64,000 nucleotides of DNA from a virus: IMG/VR virus record IMGVR_UViG_3300021335_000004. One strand, 5' to 3'. Shown here piece by piece: positions 1 through 9,881 of the stretch. Position numbers and translations under genes: made by a program. Numbering within the stretch: the stretch's first letter is position 1; each line of letters starts with the position of its first letter. The notes beneath the pieces were generated by a model. That model did no database searches and was not told where the DNA came from. It saw only the letters and a program-made list of their open reading frames with translations.

Positions 1-2466
1 AGAAGCTCCTGCAAACCTATCAATATCATTATAATTAGTATTTCCGGCATCACTAGGATATTTAGAAGCACCTGCTATTTGATAACCATAATCCATACTA
101 GCGCCTGAAGCTTGTTCCATTCTAGAAGTAGTTAGAGTACTAGATTCAGCAGCATTAGTTTCAGAAGGAAAGACAAACTGTTCCATAGTACTAACTGCTG
201 CTTTTGGACCTGTGATATTACCTGTCCAACCACCTGCTACATAACCTCTATTACTAATACCTAAAGAAAATCCTCCGTGCATTGCTCTACCAGTAGTTAG
301 TGTGTCTACTGAAGATGCTATTGTAGTACTAGGAAAAGTAAAAGAAGCAATATCGGTAGTCATCCCTTCGTTAGTAGGAGAGTTATAGTGCCCATATCCT
401 CCTGCTGAATAAGCTTTATTAGTACTATCTGGAGATATTAACACAGCATGATTAGTAAAAGTATGAGAACTAGTAAGAGTTCCCGGATCTACAGCGACCC
501 CACTCCCAGAGGTAAGTGGAAAGTAAGTTACCTTTCTTAAAGAAGTGTTCGAAGGCTCGTTAATACCGCCGCCGCCTATAGAACCTCCATATGCTTTATT
601 TGATCCAGCAGAGTGATTAGGATAATAGTAACCAGGTTCTCCACTATAAGGACCTACAGGTGGGTAGCTAATCATTCTATTAAAGTAAACATCTCCAGCA
701 CTTGGAACAGAAGCAGCATTAGCAGTGTGCTGAGTAGGTGTTGAGGTTGGTACGTATTGTGAATAAGAATAAGCTGACACAGAGGGAACATTAGTATTAA
801 ATCTGAGATAAGCAAAACCTGGTTGAGCTTGATCTGCATAAGAACTATTTCCCATTATAGCAGCAGGGGTGTCACTAAACCCCTCATGACCTGGAAAACT
901 TACAGGTCCTTGTCTACTACCGCTTGTATAAATTTTACCATAAGTAGCTGGAAAAACAGGAGCTTTCCAATTTCCTCCCGAACCTTTATTAACGGTTAAA
1001 GAGCCTGATCCAGGATATGCCGGTCCTGTGATAGGTACATTTCCTGGAAATCCGGATACTGTCATAGTATTAGGAAAAGTAAGAGTATATCCTACACCTC
1101 CAGCTCCTTGCATCTGTCCGAAAGTTCCGGGCCATGCTGATATAGGTCTATTATGTTCTAAATTGACACCTGCATATCCAGTACCGTCATTAGTGTGTGT
1201 AGGGGTTTTTGCATTTGTACCTGCAGGAAGTGTTCCTACATCACCACCATCTCCGGCTTGTCCTAGTTTAAGTGCTAACATAGACCTATCAGTAACTGAC
1301 ATAGCATAAGGACTTTCTGTAGGCGCAGGAGAAGCTAACTCTGGCTGAGTATCCCATCCATGACGTCTATAACCTTTTTGTAAAAAAGAAAGTTGAGACC
1401 TAGGACCGTTTGTTGCATTTGTATAAGGAGTAGAAGGTATAAATCCTACAGCATAGGGCATACCTGCATCAGCAGCATCAGCGTTTCCCTCTAGCATACC
1501 ACCTCGTTTACCTTGAAGACCTCCACCGGCTACTACGTAGTTAGTACCATTAATATTAACAGAAGTAGTACCTCCACTACCGTCTGCAGGAGCTGATCCT
1601 ATGCTAACCGAAATTGGAGTAGCAGGTGTAACAGGTATAGAGACAGGATAATAACCATGAGCGCCTGCTCCTCCCCCTCCAGCCCCTGCCATGTCTGTTT
1701 GATAAGTATAATGAGGTACCCACCACAACCCTCCATCATAACTAGTCGGGGCTTCAGTAGCTCCAGGACCATCTCCACCAGTATAAAGATAAGGGCCTGT
1801 GCTACCCCCAGCACCGATTGCAGTCCAAATTTGTACTGTAGATACTCCTTCTCCTACTAAATCACCTACTGTAGACCCTAAAGGAGCAGAAGGAGCGTCA
1901 AAAGCCATATCAACAACACCTGCTTTTTTATAAGCAGTAGAAGTATTTTCACTAGGAGACCCTGTTCCAGCATTATTAATGCCACGAATAACAAACTCAT
2001 GAAGAAGTCCTTGGGGTGTTGTAGCATTAGGAATTTTTAGAGTAATAGGAGAGGATGTAATAGGAGTTCCGTTTTCATCAGTACTAACATACGTATATGC
2101 TCCTCCTGCGGGAGCAGGTCTATATCCTATTTCCCAACTATTAGCAGTTTCTCCATTAGTGCTTTCTGTCCACGAAACATCAAACCCAAAAAAAGTATCT
2201 TCAGAAGTAGTAGCCGTAATAGTGGGAGCAGGATGAACAGTAGCTTGAATATTATGAAGTTCATCTAAAGAAATAGCAGTTCCTGGAGTAGAAGGTATCG
2301 AAGATGTTACAAAGGGATCGCTAGAAGTGCCATACCCATACTTCTCCCCCGGTGCAAGAACATTTCCAACACGATAGTCGTCTAACGATCCAGGGGCTGT
2401 TCTAAGGGGAGAGTATAAATCCTTAAGGTTTTGAAGGGAGATTGGTCCTGAAGTTGGAGTTCCCAT
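1..2466 (-). CDS. Large virion/tail adhesin (Gly/Pro/Thr-rich, C-terminal propeller-like repeats); runs off the left edge
   Basis: Missing from the ORF track because it has no stop in the window. ATG at 2466 overlaps the upstream TAA (TAATG). Begins MGTPTSGPISLQNL and the same frame reads ...NYNDIDRFAGAS at position 1. Repeats resemble the IDKFPFxSD repeats at 23273-25372. Confidence 0.75.
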   Translation of the reverse strand, partial: MGTPTSGPISLQNLKDLYSPLRTAPGSLDDYRVGNVLAPGEKYGYGTSSDPFVTSSIPSTPGTAISLDELHNIQATVHPAPTITATTSEDTFFGFDVSWTESTNGETANSWEIGYRPAPAGGAYTYVSTDENGTPITSSPITLKIPNATTPQGLLHEFVIRGINNAGTGSPSENTSTAYKKAGVVDMAFDAPSAPLGSTVGDLVGEGVSTVQIWTAIGAGGSTGPYLYTGGDGPGATEAPTSYDGGLWWVPHYTYQTDMAGAGGGGAGAHGYYPVSIPVTPATPISVSIGSAPADGSGGTTSVNINGTNYVVAGGGLQGKRGGMLEGNADAADAGMPYAVGFIPSTPYTNATNGPRSQLSFLQKGYRRHGWDTQPELASPAPTESPYAMSVTDRSMLALKLGQAGDGGDVGTLPAGTNAKTPTHTNDGTGYAGVNLEHNRPISAWPGTFGQMQGAGGVGYTLTFPNTMTVSGFPGNVPITGPAYPGSGSLTVNKGSGGNWKAPVFPATYGKIYTSGSRQGPVSFPGHEGFSDTPAAIMGNSSYADQAQPGFAYLRFNTNVPSVSAYSYSQYVPTSTPTQHTANAASVPSAGDVYFNRMISYPPVGPYSGEPGYYYPNHSAGSNKAYGGSIGGGGINEPSNTSLRKVTYFPLTSGSGVAVDPGTLTSSHTFTNHAVLISPDSTNKAYSAGGYGHYNSPTNEGMTTDIASFTFPSTTIASSVDTLTTGRAMHGGFSLGISNRGYVAGGWTGNITGPKAAVSTMEQFVFPSETNAAESSTLTTSRMEQASGASMDYGYQIAGASKYPSDAGNTNYNDIDRFAGAS

Positions 2467-4904
2467 TATTTTTCCTCAATTTTTGCTTTTAATTCTTTAA
2501 TAGCTTGAATGAGAAGAGGTACAACTCTACTATAATCAACAGCTAAATAACCATCTTCTCTAGTTTTTACTGCTTCTGGTAGTATTTCTTGAAGACTTTG
2601 TGCAATTACTCCCACATCGTGACCCTCTAAATGCTTGTAATTAAGGCCGGCCTCCCTTGCGTTCCAATCAAACTCAACTCCGGTAATAGAATCTACTTTA
2701 TCTAATGCGGAAACAATTGGGGTTATATTTTTCTTTAAACGAGAATCAGAAGTATTAAATGCTTCGACATCTCCACCTGCGTGAATAGCTCCTTCGACTC
2801 CTAAACCACCTGCTGTAATGATAAGAGCACCTGTATCTTTTGAAGTTGATGCGGTAGCATTTGTTACAGAAAGTGAGTCGGACTCGAGAGTAGTAAAGTT
2901 ACCTGTACCGGGTGTTGTAGCTCCTACATTAGTTCCATCAATAGCGCCTCCATCAATATTTACTGTATTTATAGTAACTGTTGTACCATTAAAGGTAAAG
3001 GTAGAGGCGTCTTGCAATTCTCCACTAGCACCAGCATAAATAACTCTGCCAGAAGTTAAATCAGCCACATTAGCAGAAGCTACTTTTAGCTGTGTTCCTT
3101 GTTTAAGATGAACATTACCAGAACCGTTAGGAGATAAAATTATATCACCATTAGTGTCAGTAGAACTTATAGTTCTTCCATTAAGTTGTAACTGATCAAC
3201 TAAAATATTAGTAGCAACTGAGTTCGTACCAATAGTGACGTCATCTATAGATCCACCATTAATATCAACAGACTGAGCGGTAAGAGTAGTACCATTAAAT
3301 GTCAAGTCTGCATCAGTAACTATTTGACCACTTGTTCCTGTGTATAAAACTCGATTTATAGTTTGTCCTGTTACATAAACATTTGGAGATATTAAATCTC
3401 TTTGAGGACGAACATCTCTTGCGTATACGTCTTGATAACCAGTAACTGTAAGAGAACCTGCTGTTGTACCGTCATCAGTAGTACTAAAAGCAGACCAACC
3501 ATCGTTTGCTTCATCCCAAACCCAAGCCATATTGTCCACAGAAGGACGGTACACTAATAGTCCAGCATCATAAGAAGCAGGAGCAGCCTGATTATTAGCA
3601 ACAACAATTAAAGGATCTTGTACTAAAAGGTTAGTAGCATCAGAAGTAAATGTTGAGCCTTGAACTACAAAATTACCTTCTACAAGCACATCTTGTTCAA
3701 AAGTTTTATCAACAGTAAACTTTTGAGAACCAGAATGGATAGCAGTTACATTATCTTGTACTGTATTAATATTAGAAGTTAAATCGGCGTGTAATCCCTG
3801 TACCGCTGTGTTAGTTGTTGTAGCAAAATAATGAAGGTTGCCTTGTACCAAATTAACATTACTAGAAATACTAGTATGAACAGAGCTAAATCTAGTATTA
3901 GAGTAAGCACCTAATGCATGAACATTTCCTTGAACAGTATCAATACGAGAATTAGAATAAGAACCTGTTATATGTAAATTACTTTGAACAGTATTTATGT
4001 CAGTATTAGCGCTATCAACCCCAAATATTAAAGAATTTATTGAAGTATTTGTAGTAGAGGCATAGTGATGTAAATTCGTTTGTACACGACCGGCGGCAAT
4101 ATCTTGTGTAAGAGTGGCACCGATAATAACTAGATTACCGTTAATTCTTAAATTACCGTTAATCTGCATCTGTGTATCAGGTACAATACCGCCTTCACCG
4201 ACAATTATTTGATCACCTATCTCATCGTTAGCGACATATCTAAATCCATTATCTCCAAAGGTTACTGATTCATATATTGATAAAGTATTGGCTCCTCTAA
4301 TAGCTCCATACATTGTAATATTTCTAATTTGATGATGAGTACCACCTACATCCATAAAACTTCTTAATACTAGATCACCACCAGCTACATCATTATCAAC
4401 TTCATAAATACCAAAATTACGACTAGGAAGAATGGAAGAATTAGCAGTCAATAACTCATTATATTTATAACCATCACTAAAAAATGCCTTACTATGAGCG
4501 TGATCTACTGCAAAGTATCCATTGTAAGTTATAGGAGAAGGAAATTTAACATTACTTTCATAAGCAGTTTTAAAAATAACTCTTGCAGTAGTAACAAAAG
4601 CATTACCATTTTCTGTTGTGAATGTTAGTCCTCCTGATTCAATAGAAGCATTGTTTAAGACAGCATTATCTATTACAGGAAATCCATTAATACGAGTACC
4701 TTGTGACATATGTAAATTAGAATTTACTACAGAAGGCGTGCCTGGGCTATCATTCAAGGTTAACCCTTGCATGGTTACAGTAGTAATATTAACATTATCT
4801 AAGGAAGTTTGTACTGTAGAATCACTAATACCTAAATTATCAATTGCTCCACTTATATTATTGGAGCCAGTACCGCCAAGGGAGACTGGGACTATAGTTG
4901 CCAT
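2466..4904 (-). CDS. Tail fibre protein with C-terminal intramolecular chaperone (peptidase S74)
   Basis: C-terminal SDSRLKKNI...GVIAQ...VDY...LIQAIKEL motif; TVQxNLH coiled-coil repeats; duplicated TFNGTT...GGxID segments. Confidence 0.85.
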   Translation of the reverse strand: MATIVPVSLGGTGSNNISGAIDNLGISDSTVQTSLDNVNITTVTMQGLTLNDSPGTPSVVNSNLHMSQGTRINGFPVIDNAVLNNASIESGGLTFTTENGNAFVTTARVIFKTAYESNVKFPSPITYNGYFAVDHAHSKAFFSDGYKYNELLTANSSILPSRNFGIYEVDNDVAGGDLVLRSFMDVGGTHHQIRNITMYGAIRGANTLSIYESVTFGDNGFRYVANDEIGDQIIVGEGGIVPDTQMQINGNLRINGNLVIIGATLTQDIAAGRVQTNLHHYASTTNTSINSLIFGVDSANTDINTVQSNLHITGSYSNSRIDTVQGNVHALGAYSNTRFSSVHTSISSNVNLVQGNLHYFATTTNTAVQGLHADLTSNINTVQDNVTAIHSGSQKFTVDKTFEQDVLVEGNFVVQGSTFTSDATNLLVQDPLIVVANNQAAPASYDAGLLVYRPSVDNMAWVWDEANDGWSAFSTTDDGTTAGSLTVTGYQDVYARDVRPQRDLISPNVYVTGQTINRVLYTGTSGQIVTDADLTFNGTTLTAQSVDINGGSIDDVTIGTNSVATNILVDQLQLNGRTISSTDTNGDIILSPNGSGNVHLKQGTQLKVASANVADLTSGRVIYAGASGELQDASTFTFNGTTVTINTVNIDGGAIDGTNVGATTPGTGNFTTLESDSLSVTNATASTSKDTGALIITAGGLGVEGAIHAGGDVEAFNTSDSRLKKNITPIVSALDKVDSITGVEFDWNAREAGLNYKHLEGHDVGVIAQSLQEILPEAVKTREDGYLAVDYSRVVPLLIQAIKELKAKIEEK

Positions 4905-4915
4905 TTATACCTCTC

Positions 4916-4967
4916 AAAAAAAATTCTTGTATGTTGATATGATACAAGAATTAATTTAGTTTGGCAA
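4916..4967 (-). promoter_or_regulatory. Sigma70-type promoter overlapped by a terminator-like hairpin
   Basis: TTGCCA(4967-4962)-N17-TATCAT(4944-4939); 11-bp inverted repeat 4922-4932/4942-4952 followed by a T-run on the - strand. Confidence 0.6.
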
Positions 4968-4994
4968 TTGGTATTTTTGTTACTTTAGCTTTTA

Positions 4995-5510
4995 CTACCG
5001 ATAAAACAAATGGTCTCCAATAATCGTAGTTAATTTTTTTTCGTCTGCCCATTCAGGAGATACATAGTAAGCATGATAATGAATAGACCCTTCTGTAAAG
5101 TCGTATCTTTCGGTATCTAAAAATTCTTCTATATGTATCTTTATATCTAGCCAAATTTCTCGATTGTTAATAACGTCTTTTACTCCATCACAATACCAAG
5201 AAAACTGACAACGATTTTTCACGGGATAAAAAATACGTTCATCATCTGTTAGTGTTTTGTCCTTGCGTGTTTTCCAGCTTTCCCTTACAGGTCCTTCTAA
5301 TACTACTTCGCAAATTGTGTTAGGGTATTTTTCGCTTTTTACTCTATTTAATACAACTAAAACTATAGCAATTTGTCCTGCCAAAGATTGAGTATTAGCC
5401 TCAAAATAAGCATTAGTTGTTAAACAGTCTAAGTCATTACTTAGTAATTCCATCCCTTTTGCTTCTCCAATCGTAAGTAGGAGAAGAAGCGCGCTCAATA
5501 TCTTCTTCAA
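4995..5510 (-). CDS. SleB-like cell wall hydrolase (Hydrolase_2)
   Basis: CL..N.YFEA, V.NRV, CQFSW, YHAYYVSPEW and IGDHLFY motifs; N-terminal signal-like segment. Confidence 0.88.
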   Translation of the reverse strand: MKKILSALLLLLTIGEAKGMELLSNDLDCLTTNAYFEANTQSLAGQIAIVLVVLNRVKSEKYPNTICEVVLEGPVRESWKTRKDKTLTDDERIFYPVKNRCQFSWYCDGVKDVINNREIWLDIKIHIEEFLDTERYDFTEGSIHYHAYYVSPEWADEKKLTTIIGDHLFYR

Positions 5511-6243
5511 TACATTTGTCTCCTTGCTGAACTTCTAGTATAAATAATGGCTCAGTAGTAGAGTAATTACATAATTGATGCCAACTTCCTTGATCAATAT
5601 CAATTGTTTCATGTTGTTTTACTATTTGACCAGGTACTACTCGTGTATTATACACATACGCAGTTCCTTTAACTACATACCAATGTTCAGACCTATGCTC
5701 ATGTTTCTGAAAAGATAATTCTTTATCTGGTAAAACATGAAGTTCTTTTACTTTAACAGACCCGTAATCTTTTAACACAGTCCATGTTCCCCACTCACGA
5801 ACACAATGCTCGCCTGCCCAATTAGACAATAAATGAGATGAAGAAGAGGTTTTTTGTCCTCCTACGTTCCATAGTAGCTCGATATCATTAACTAAACAAT
5901 AATCAACTTCTGGAACATTAGTATTAGACCTATCCCCACCGTTAGCAAAATATAAAAGATTATCCTCTATACCATATATTTCTTTAAACTCTTTTAGCCC
6001 ACTTAGAGCAGTACCATCACTGTCACTCATCACAATAACTTCACAAACTCCTTTGATAGAGTTCATAATATATTGTCTTTGATCCTCATCCATAAAAGGT
6101 TTGCCCTTTTTGTTAGCAAGCCAACTATCAGAATTAAGTAAAATAACTACATTACCTAATTCTGCTGCTTCCTCAATCATCTCTAAATGACCTTTGTGAA
6201 CAGGGTCAAAACCCCCGCTTACTGCTACATACTTATTTGTCAT
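5437..6243 (-). CDS. Cytidylyltransferase-like (RfaE-II/HldC-like) domain fused to a mannose-6-phosphate isomerase type II cupin
   Basis: SGGFDPVHKGH (HxGH) and FANGGDR; C-terminal REWG...LSFQKHEHRSEHW cupin. Confidence 0.8.
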   Translation of the reverse strand: MTNKYVAVSGGFDPVHKGHLEMIEEAAELGNVVILLNSDSWLANKKGKPFMDEDQRQYIMNSIKGVCEVIVMSDSDGTALSGLKEFKEIYGIEDNLLYFANGGDRSNTNVPEVDYCLVNDIELLWNVGGQKTSSSSHLLSNWAGEHCVREWGTWTVLKDYGSVKVKELHVLPDKELSFQKHEHRSEHWYVVKGTAYVYNTRVVPGQIVKQHETIDIDQGSWHQLCNYSTTEPLFILEVQQGDKCIEEDIERASSPTYDWRSKRDGITK

Positions 6244-6261
6244 ATTTAATTTCTCACAAAT

Positions 6262-6335
6262 TGGAGCGGCATAGGAGAATCGAACTCCTCTACATAGCTT
6301 GGAAGGCTAGTGCATTACCACTATGCTAATGCCGC
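6262..6335 (-). tRNA. tRNA-Gly(TCC)
   Basis: Cloverleaf GCGGCAT/ATGCCGC, anticodon loop CT-TCC-AA, GTTCGATTC T-loop, encoded CCA. Confidence 0.95.
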
Positions 6336-6337
6336 AT

Positions 6338-6414
6338 TGGTGACTTCGGAAGGATTCGAACCCTCGACCCACAGCTTAGAAGGCTGTTGCTCTATCCAGC
6401 TGAGCTACGAAGCC
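6338..6414 (-). tRNA. tRNA-Arg(TCT)
   Basis: GGCTTCG/CGAAGTC acceptor, ACAGC-CT-TCT-AA-GCTGT anticodon arm, GTTCGAATC T-loop, encoded CCA. Confidence 0.95.
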
Positions 6415-6586
6415 CTAATCTAAATCGATTATCTCCTCGATTTCTTGGAATATTTCTTTAATATTAGCCATTTGATCCGGTAAATGAACTATTTCTGCAG
6501 TATCTTCTAATATTTCTTTTATTGCTAATAATTTTTCACAGATCTCATCTGACTGATGTGGCATAATCATTTAGGTGTACCCATAA

Positions 6587-6817
6587 CTATTCTTCGATAT
6601 AGTTTTCTAAAGTATGAATCATATCTTCATATTTAGAAGCCTGCTCTAGTTCAAGTTCAATTGCTTCCATAATATCAGAGTGTTCACCGATTCCTGCAGG
6701 ATTAGCTAGATATACTTCTATATTAGCAAGATGTTTATCAAGATGCCCTTCTAAATGTTTTCTAGTAGCTCGTACTAAAGTTTCTCTAAGATTATACATT
6801 TTTACTCCTTTGACCAA
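6587..6817 (-). CDS. Conserved small phage protein
   Basis: ORF with NPAGIGEHSD motif; likely start is the ATG after GGAG (MYNLRE). Confidence 0.6.
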   Translation of the reverse strand: MVKGVKMYNLRETLVRATRKHLEGHLDKHLANIEVYLANPAGIGEHSDIMEAIELELEQASKYEDMIHTLENYIEE

Positions 6818-6874
6818 TCATAAAGTTTTTTTGTGACGCTATATGTGTAGTCATAAATAGCGATTATGTGTATA

Positions 6875-6903
6875 AGTATAACAAAAATAAGTAGAATAAG
6901 CAA
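6875..6903 (-). promoter_or_regulatory. Sigma70-type promoter upstream of small ORFs and tRNAs
   Basis: TTGCTT-N17-TATACT. Confidence 0.55.
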
Positions 6904-6934
6904 GAACGTTTTCATTATTTTTCCTTTTTTGATA

Positions 6935-7483
6935 CTAAACTCTACTAGCAGCCACCATATTTGTTAATTCACTAGTGATAGCCATATTCTTATGCTTTTT
7001 ATACTTTGTTTCCATTAACTCTTGGTTTGGTAAAAAGGGATTAAGAAATACCTGTCTCAGTTCAGAATAAAACATCTTAAACTCTTTTCCATGAGGCTTA
7101 AGTCTGCTCATTTTATGAAAATATTTATGATTATATTGAGCCGCGTGAGCCATCTCATGAGTTATATGATGTAATAGTTTGTGTTCTAGATTGTTAGTAA
7201 AAAAACCACCAATAACTTTATCAGAGTCAAAAGACGCATACTCATAAACACGTCGAGGAGCATCGTAGTTTTCATCAGGAATAGCAACACTCATGGCTAT
7301 GGAAACAATTGGTCCTCCATTACGCCAACCACCCCTAGAACAACGACGACGTTTAGACCAATCAAGTTTTGCCTCTATTAAAGCAAATTTCTTTGCACTA
7401 GATATTTTACAATGAGTATGTAACCATTTTTCGATATCATTAATATAATCATCTGCTAATTCATTCCAATATCTACGATTCAT
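6935..7483 (-). CDS. SprT-like zinc metalloprotease-domain protein
   Basis: HEMAH followed by PHGKEF. Confidence 0.6.
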   Translation of the reverse strand: MNRRYWNELADDYINDIEKWLHTHCKISSAKKFALIEAKLDWSKRRRCSRGGWRNGGPIVSIAMSVAIPDENYDAPRRVYEYASFDSDKVIGGFFTNNLEHKLLHHITHEMAHAAQYNHKYFHKMSRLKPHGKEFKMFYSELRQVFLNPFLPNQELMETKYKKHKNMAITSELTNMVAASRV

Positions 7484-7698
7484 TTACCTATATCCTTTAT
7501 GTTGCTCATGGTTACAATAGTATAAGCTCCTTTATTAAACGCAGGAGCAGTAGGAAAAATACGCTTTTCTTCACCACAATCTAGACACGTATTGTAGCCT
7601 AATTGTTTTCTCTTTATAGAGAAGTCGTCTCCGCAGTCTTCACAAATTGCAGCAAAATTTTTCTTGCTAAAATTCTTATTTAGTGTTATCATAGTCAT
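7480..7698 (-). CDS. DksA/TraR-type C4 zinc-finger small protein
   Basis: CEDCG...R...CLDC; start uncertain. Confidence 0.55.
   Translation of the reverse strand: MTMITLNKNFSKKNFAAICEDCGDDFSIKRKQLGYNTCLDCGEEKRIFPTAPAFNKGAYTIVTMSNIKDIGK
7664..7692 (+). promoter_or_regulatory. Sigma70-type promoter of the radical SAM operon (predicted leaderless)
   Basis: TTGCTA(7664-7669)-N17-TATCAT(7687-7692) with TGn extension; ATG 7699 lies 7 nt downstream. Confidence 0.6.
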
Positions 7699-8292
7699 AT
7701 GAAATTATCCGAACATATACAAAAGTTTTCACAACAGTTATACGAAAAATATAAAAAAGTAAACCCAATAGAAATTATTACTAATTATCATTTTATAAGA
7801 GATGGTAAAGTATTTTACATTGAAAATGCTGAAGAAAATATGGTGTTTCCAAACTCTTATAAAAATACTATATCAAAAATAAAAGCAAAGAGCAAGAACA
7901 CATTTAAAGTAGAAGCCTTTGAAAAGTATGATGAGTTTATATCAGATATATGTAATTATCAAAATAAAAAAGAATATATAGACTGTCATCTGTATTGGGG
8001 AAAAGTAGGAAAATCTAGTTTTATAAGTCATGTAGATCCTTATGATGTAGTAATTTTATTACTATCGGGAAATAAAAAAATGATATTTCCTGATACTAAC
8101 GAAGAAATCATACTAAATCCAGGAGAGATTGTGTATATACCAGGTAATAAAGCACATTATGCAGACAATTTAACAGAAAATATTTCTTTAAGCTTTGGTA
8201 TTAGAAGATATTATAAAGAAATAGATTTAAAGTTACAAACATTACAGATGGAAAAAGATGAAGAATATAACAGTATATCTGAAAACAACTGA
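7699..8292 (+). CDS. JmjC/cupin Fe(II)/2OG oxygenase
   Basis: HVDPYDV...GNKK...LNPGEIVYIPGNKAH; HxD...H facial triad. Confidence 0.8.
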   Translation: MKLSEHIQKFSQQLYEKYKKVNPIEIITNYHFIRDGKVFYIENAEENMVFPNSYKNTISKIKAKSKNTFKVEAFEKYDEFISDICNYQNKKEYIDCHLYWGKVGKSSFISHVDPYDVVILLLSGNKKMIFPDTNEEIILNPGEIVYIPGNKAHYADNLTENISLSFGIRRYYKEIDLKLQTLQMEKDEEYNSISENN

Positions 8293-9295
8293 AACTTGTC
8301 AATTAAATTGTAAACATTGTTTTACCAATGGTATAAATGGTAAAAAAATATTTTTTAATTCAGAAAAAACTCTTAGTTGGATGAAAAAATTAAGAGAGTT
8401 CTATAAAGATAGTCATATTCATTTTGAGTTTCACGGTGGAGAACCTTTTTTAGCTCCTCTATCTGATATGAGGTATATAGTTAATCAAACAAGAGACTGG
8501 GAGAATATTTCTTTTGGTATTACTAGTAATCTTACTTTTAAACTAACTGAAGACAAAATAAATTTTATTATGGAAGATTTAAAAGGTGTCATAGGAACAT
8601 CTTGGGACATGAGTATTAGATTTTCTAACGAAAAACAAAAAGCATTATGGGAAGAAAATGTACTAAGATTAAAAAATTTGGGAGCTTACATAACACTATT
8701 TGTCAGCGTTACAAAAGAGCTTTGTAACACAGATACTCAAGAAATTATAGAGTATATAAACACTCTCAATGTTGATATTGTAGATTTTGAAAGATTAACG
8801 GGACACGGTAACGCACAACTGCACCCAGAAATATTCCCAACTAATAAAGAACAAAGTGATTGGTTTCTAAAATTATATAAAAACAATAGTAAAAAAAATT
8901 GGGAAGATTCTTTTATTAAATCAATGGTTAATACTAGAGTTAATGGTAATCAAACCGCAACTTTTTGCAGAGATTGTGAACAAAAACTATTTACCATTAA
9001 TGCAGATGGTAGTATTAGTGGTTGTCCTAACTCAGCACCTGAAGAAGTATATGGAACAATAGAAGAAGAAATTTGGGAACTTATAGTTAACCCAAAACGA
9101 ATGAAAATAATTGCTTGTGAAGCAGCACGAGATCCTAGATGTTATGAATGTGATGTTTTTGATATTTGCGGAAGTGGTTGTCATCAGCTTGAGTGGGACG
9201 AAACACATTGTCCATCGCCAAAAGAGCTATTTAGATTATTAAAAAACACCCCTATAAAGGAGTTAAAACAAGGAGAGTATTATGTCAGCAATTAA
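8258..9295 (+). CDS. Radical SAM/SPASM enzyme 1
   Basis: CQLNCKHC, FHGGEP, SPASM cysteines CRDC...GCP...CYECDVFDICGSGC...C. Confidence 0.92.
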   Translation: MKNITVYLKTTETCQLNCKHCFTNGINGKKIFFNSEKTLSWMKKLREFYKDSHIHFEFHGGEPFLAPLSDMRYIVNQTRDWENISFGITSNLTFKLTEDKINFIMEDLKGVIGTSWDMSIRFSNEKQKALWEENVLRLKNLGAYITLFVSVTKELCNTDTQEIIEYINTLNVDIVDFERLTGHGNAQLHPEIFPTNKEQSDWFLKLYKNNSKKNWEDSFIKSMVNTRVNGNQTATFCRDCEQKLFTINADGSISGCPNSAPEEVYGTIEEEIWELIVNPKRMKIIACEAARDPRCYECDVFDICGSGCHQLEWDETHCPSPKELFRLLKNTPIKELKQGEYYVSN

Positions 9296-9881
9296 TACAG
9301 GAGATGAGGTAAGTAAAACCGCTGTAGTAAATAGATTTAATGAAGTTATGAGAAGTCAGATTAATCCAATAATTAATGTAGGAACTTCAACATCTTTTAG
9401 TAGTGGTAATTATAATCAATTTACTAACGTGCCTAGTGGAGGAGTTCCTTTTTCAAGAATCGGAACCCCTACAGTAGCACCCGCTGTTACTAGTGGATTA
9501 GGCAGTATTGTAGATGCAGCAGATTTAGCTACATATTTAAGAAATTTAACTCGTGATTATAGTGGAGTTAGAATAACAACATACAGATATAGGTTTAATA
9601 GAACAGGCTATCCTAGCGGTAACGGAAACAAAGTTATATCTTATAGAACTACTGATTATGTACATTATGATGGAGATGTTTATAAACAAACAGTTACAGA
9701 CAATAGTGCTACGTATGACATTGAAGAAGGTGACTTAATAGATGCATCAGATTTTGAAAGTTATATAGCAGATTTATATAATCAGTGGAATTCATTAAAA
9801 AATAATAGAGTAACAGTATTTGTAGATGCTTGTCACTCAAGTTGCCATAGTAATTGTCACGGTTCAAGGGGAAGACGATGA
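9282..9881 (+). CDS. Virion-like protein with C-terminal (CHxx)3-RGRR tail; putative substrate of the operon
   Basis: Ends ACHSSCHSNCHGSRGRR; the only Cys residues are in the tail; internal G-x-I/L-V/I-DA-x-D repeats; T/S/G/N-rich. Confidence 0.7.
   Translation: MSAINTGDEVSKTAVVNRFNEVMRSQINPIINVGTSTSFSSGNYNQFTNVPSGGVPFSRIGTPTVAPAVTSGLGSIVDAADLATYLRNLTRDYSGVRITTYRYRFNRTGYPSGNGNKVISYRTTDYVHYDGDVYKQTVTDNSATYDIEEGDLIDASDFESYIADLYNQWNSLKNNRVTVFVDACHSSCHSNCHGSRGRR

Noticed and set aside
1028-4959. Short track ORFs 1028-1309, 1599-1814, 1657-1860, 2818-3039 and 4618-4959
   Set aside because: Shadow frames of the two long minus-strand virion genes
9831-9866. Possible c-type heme attachment motif in CHSSCHSNCH
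   Set aside because: Spacing is CxxxCH rather than canonical CxxCH; no signal peptide or cytochrome c maturation genes are visible
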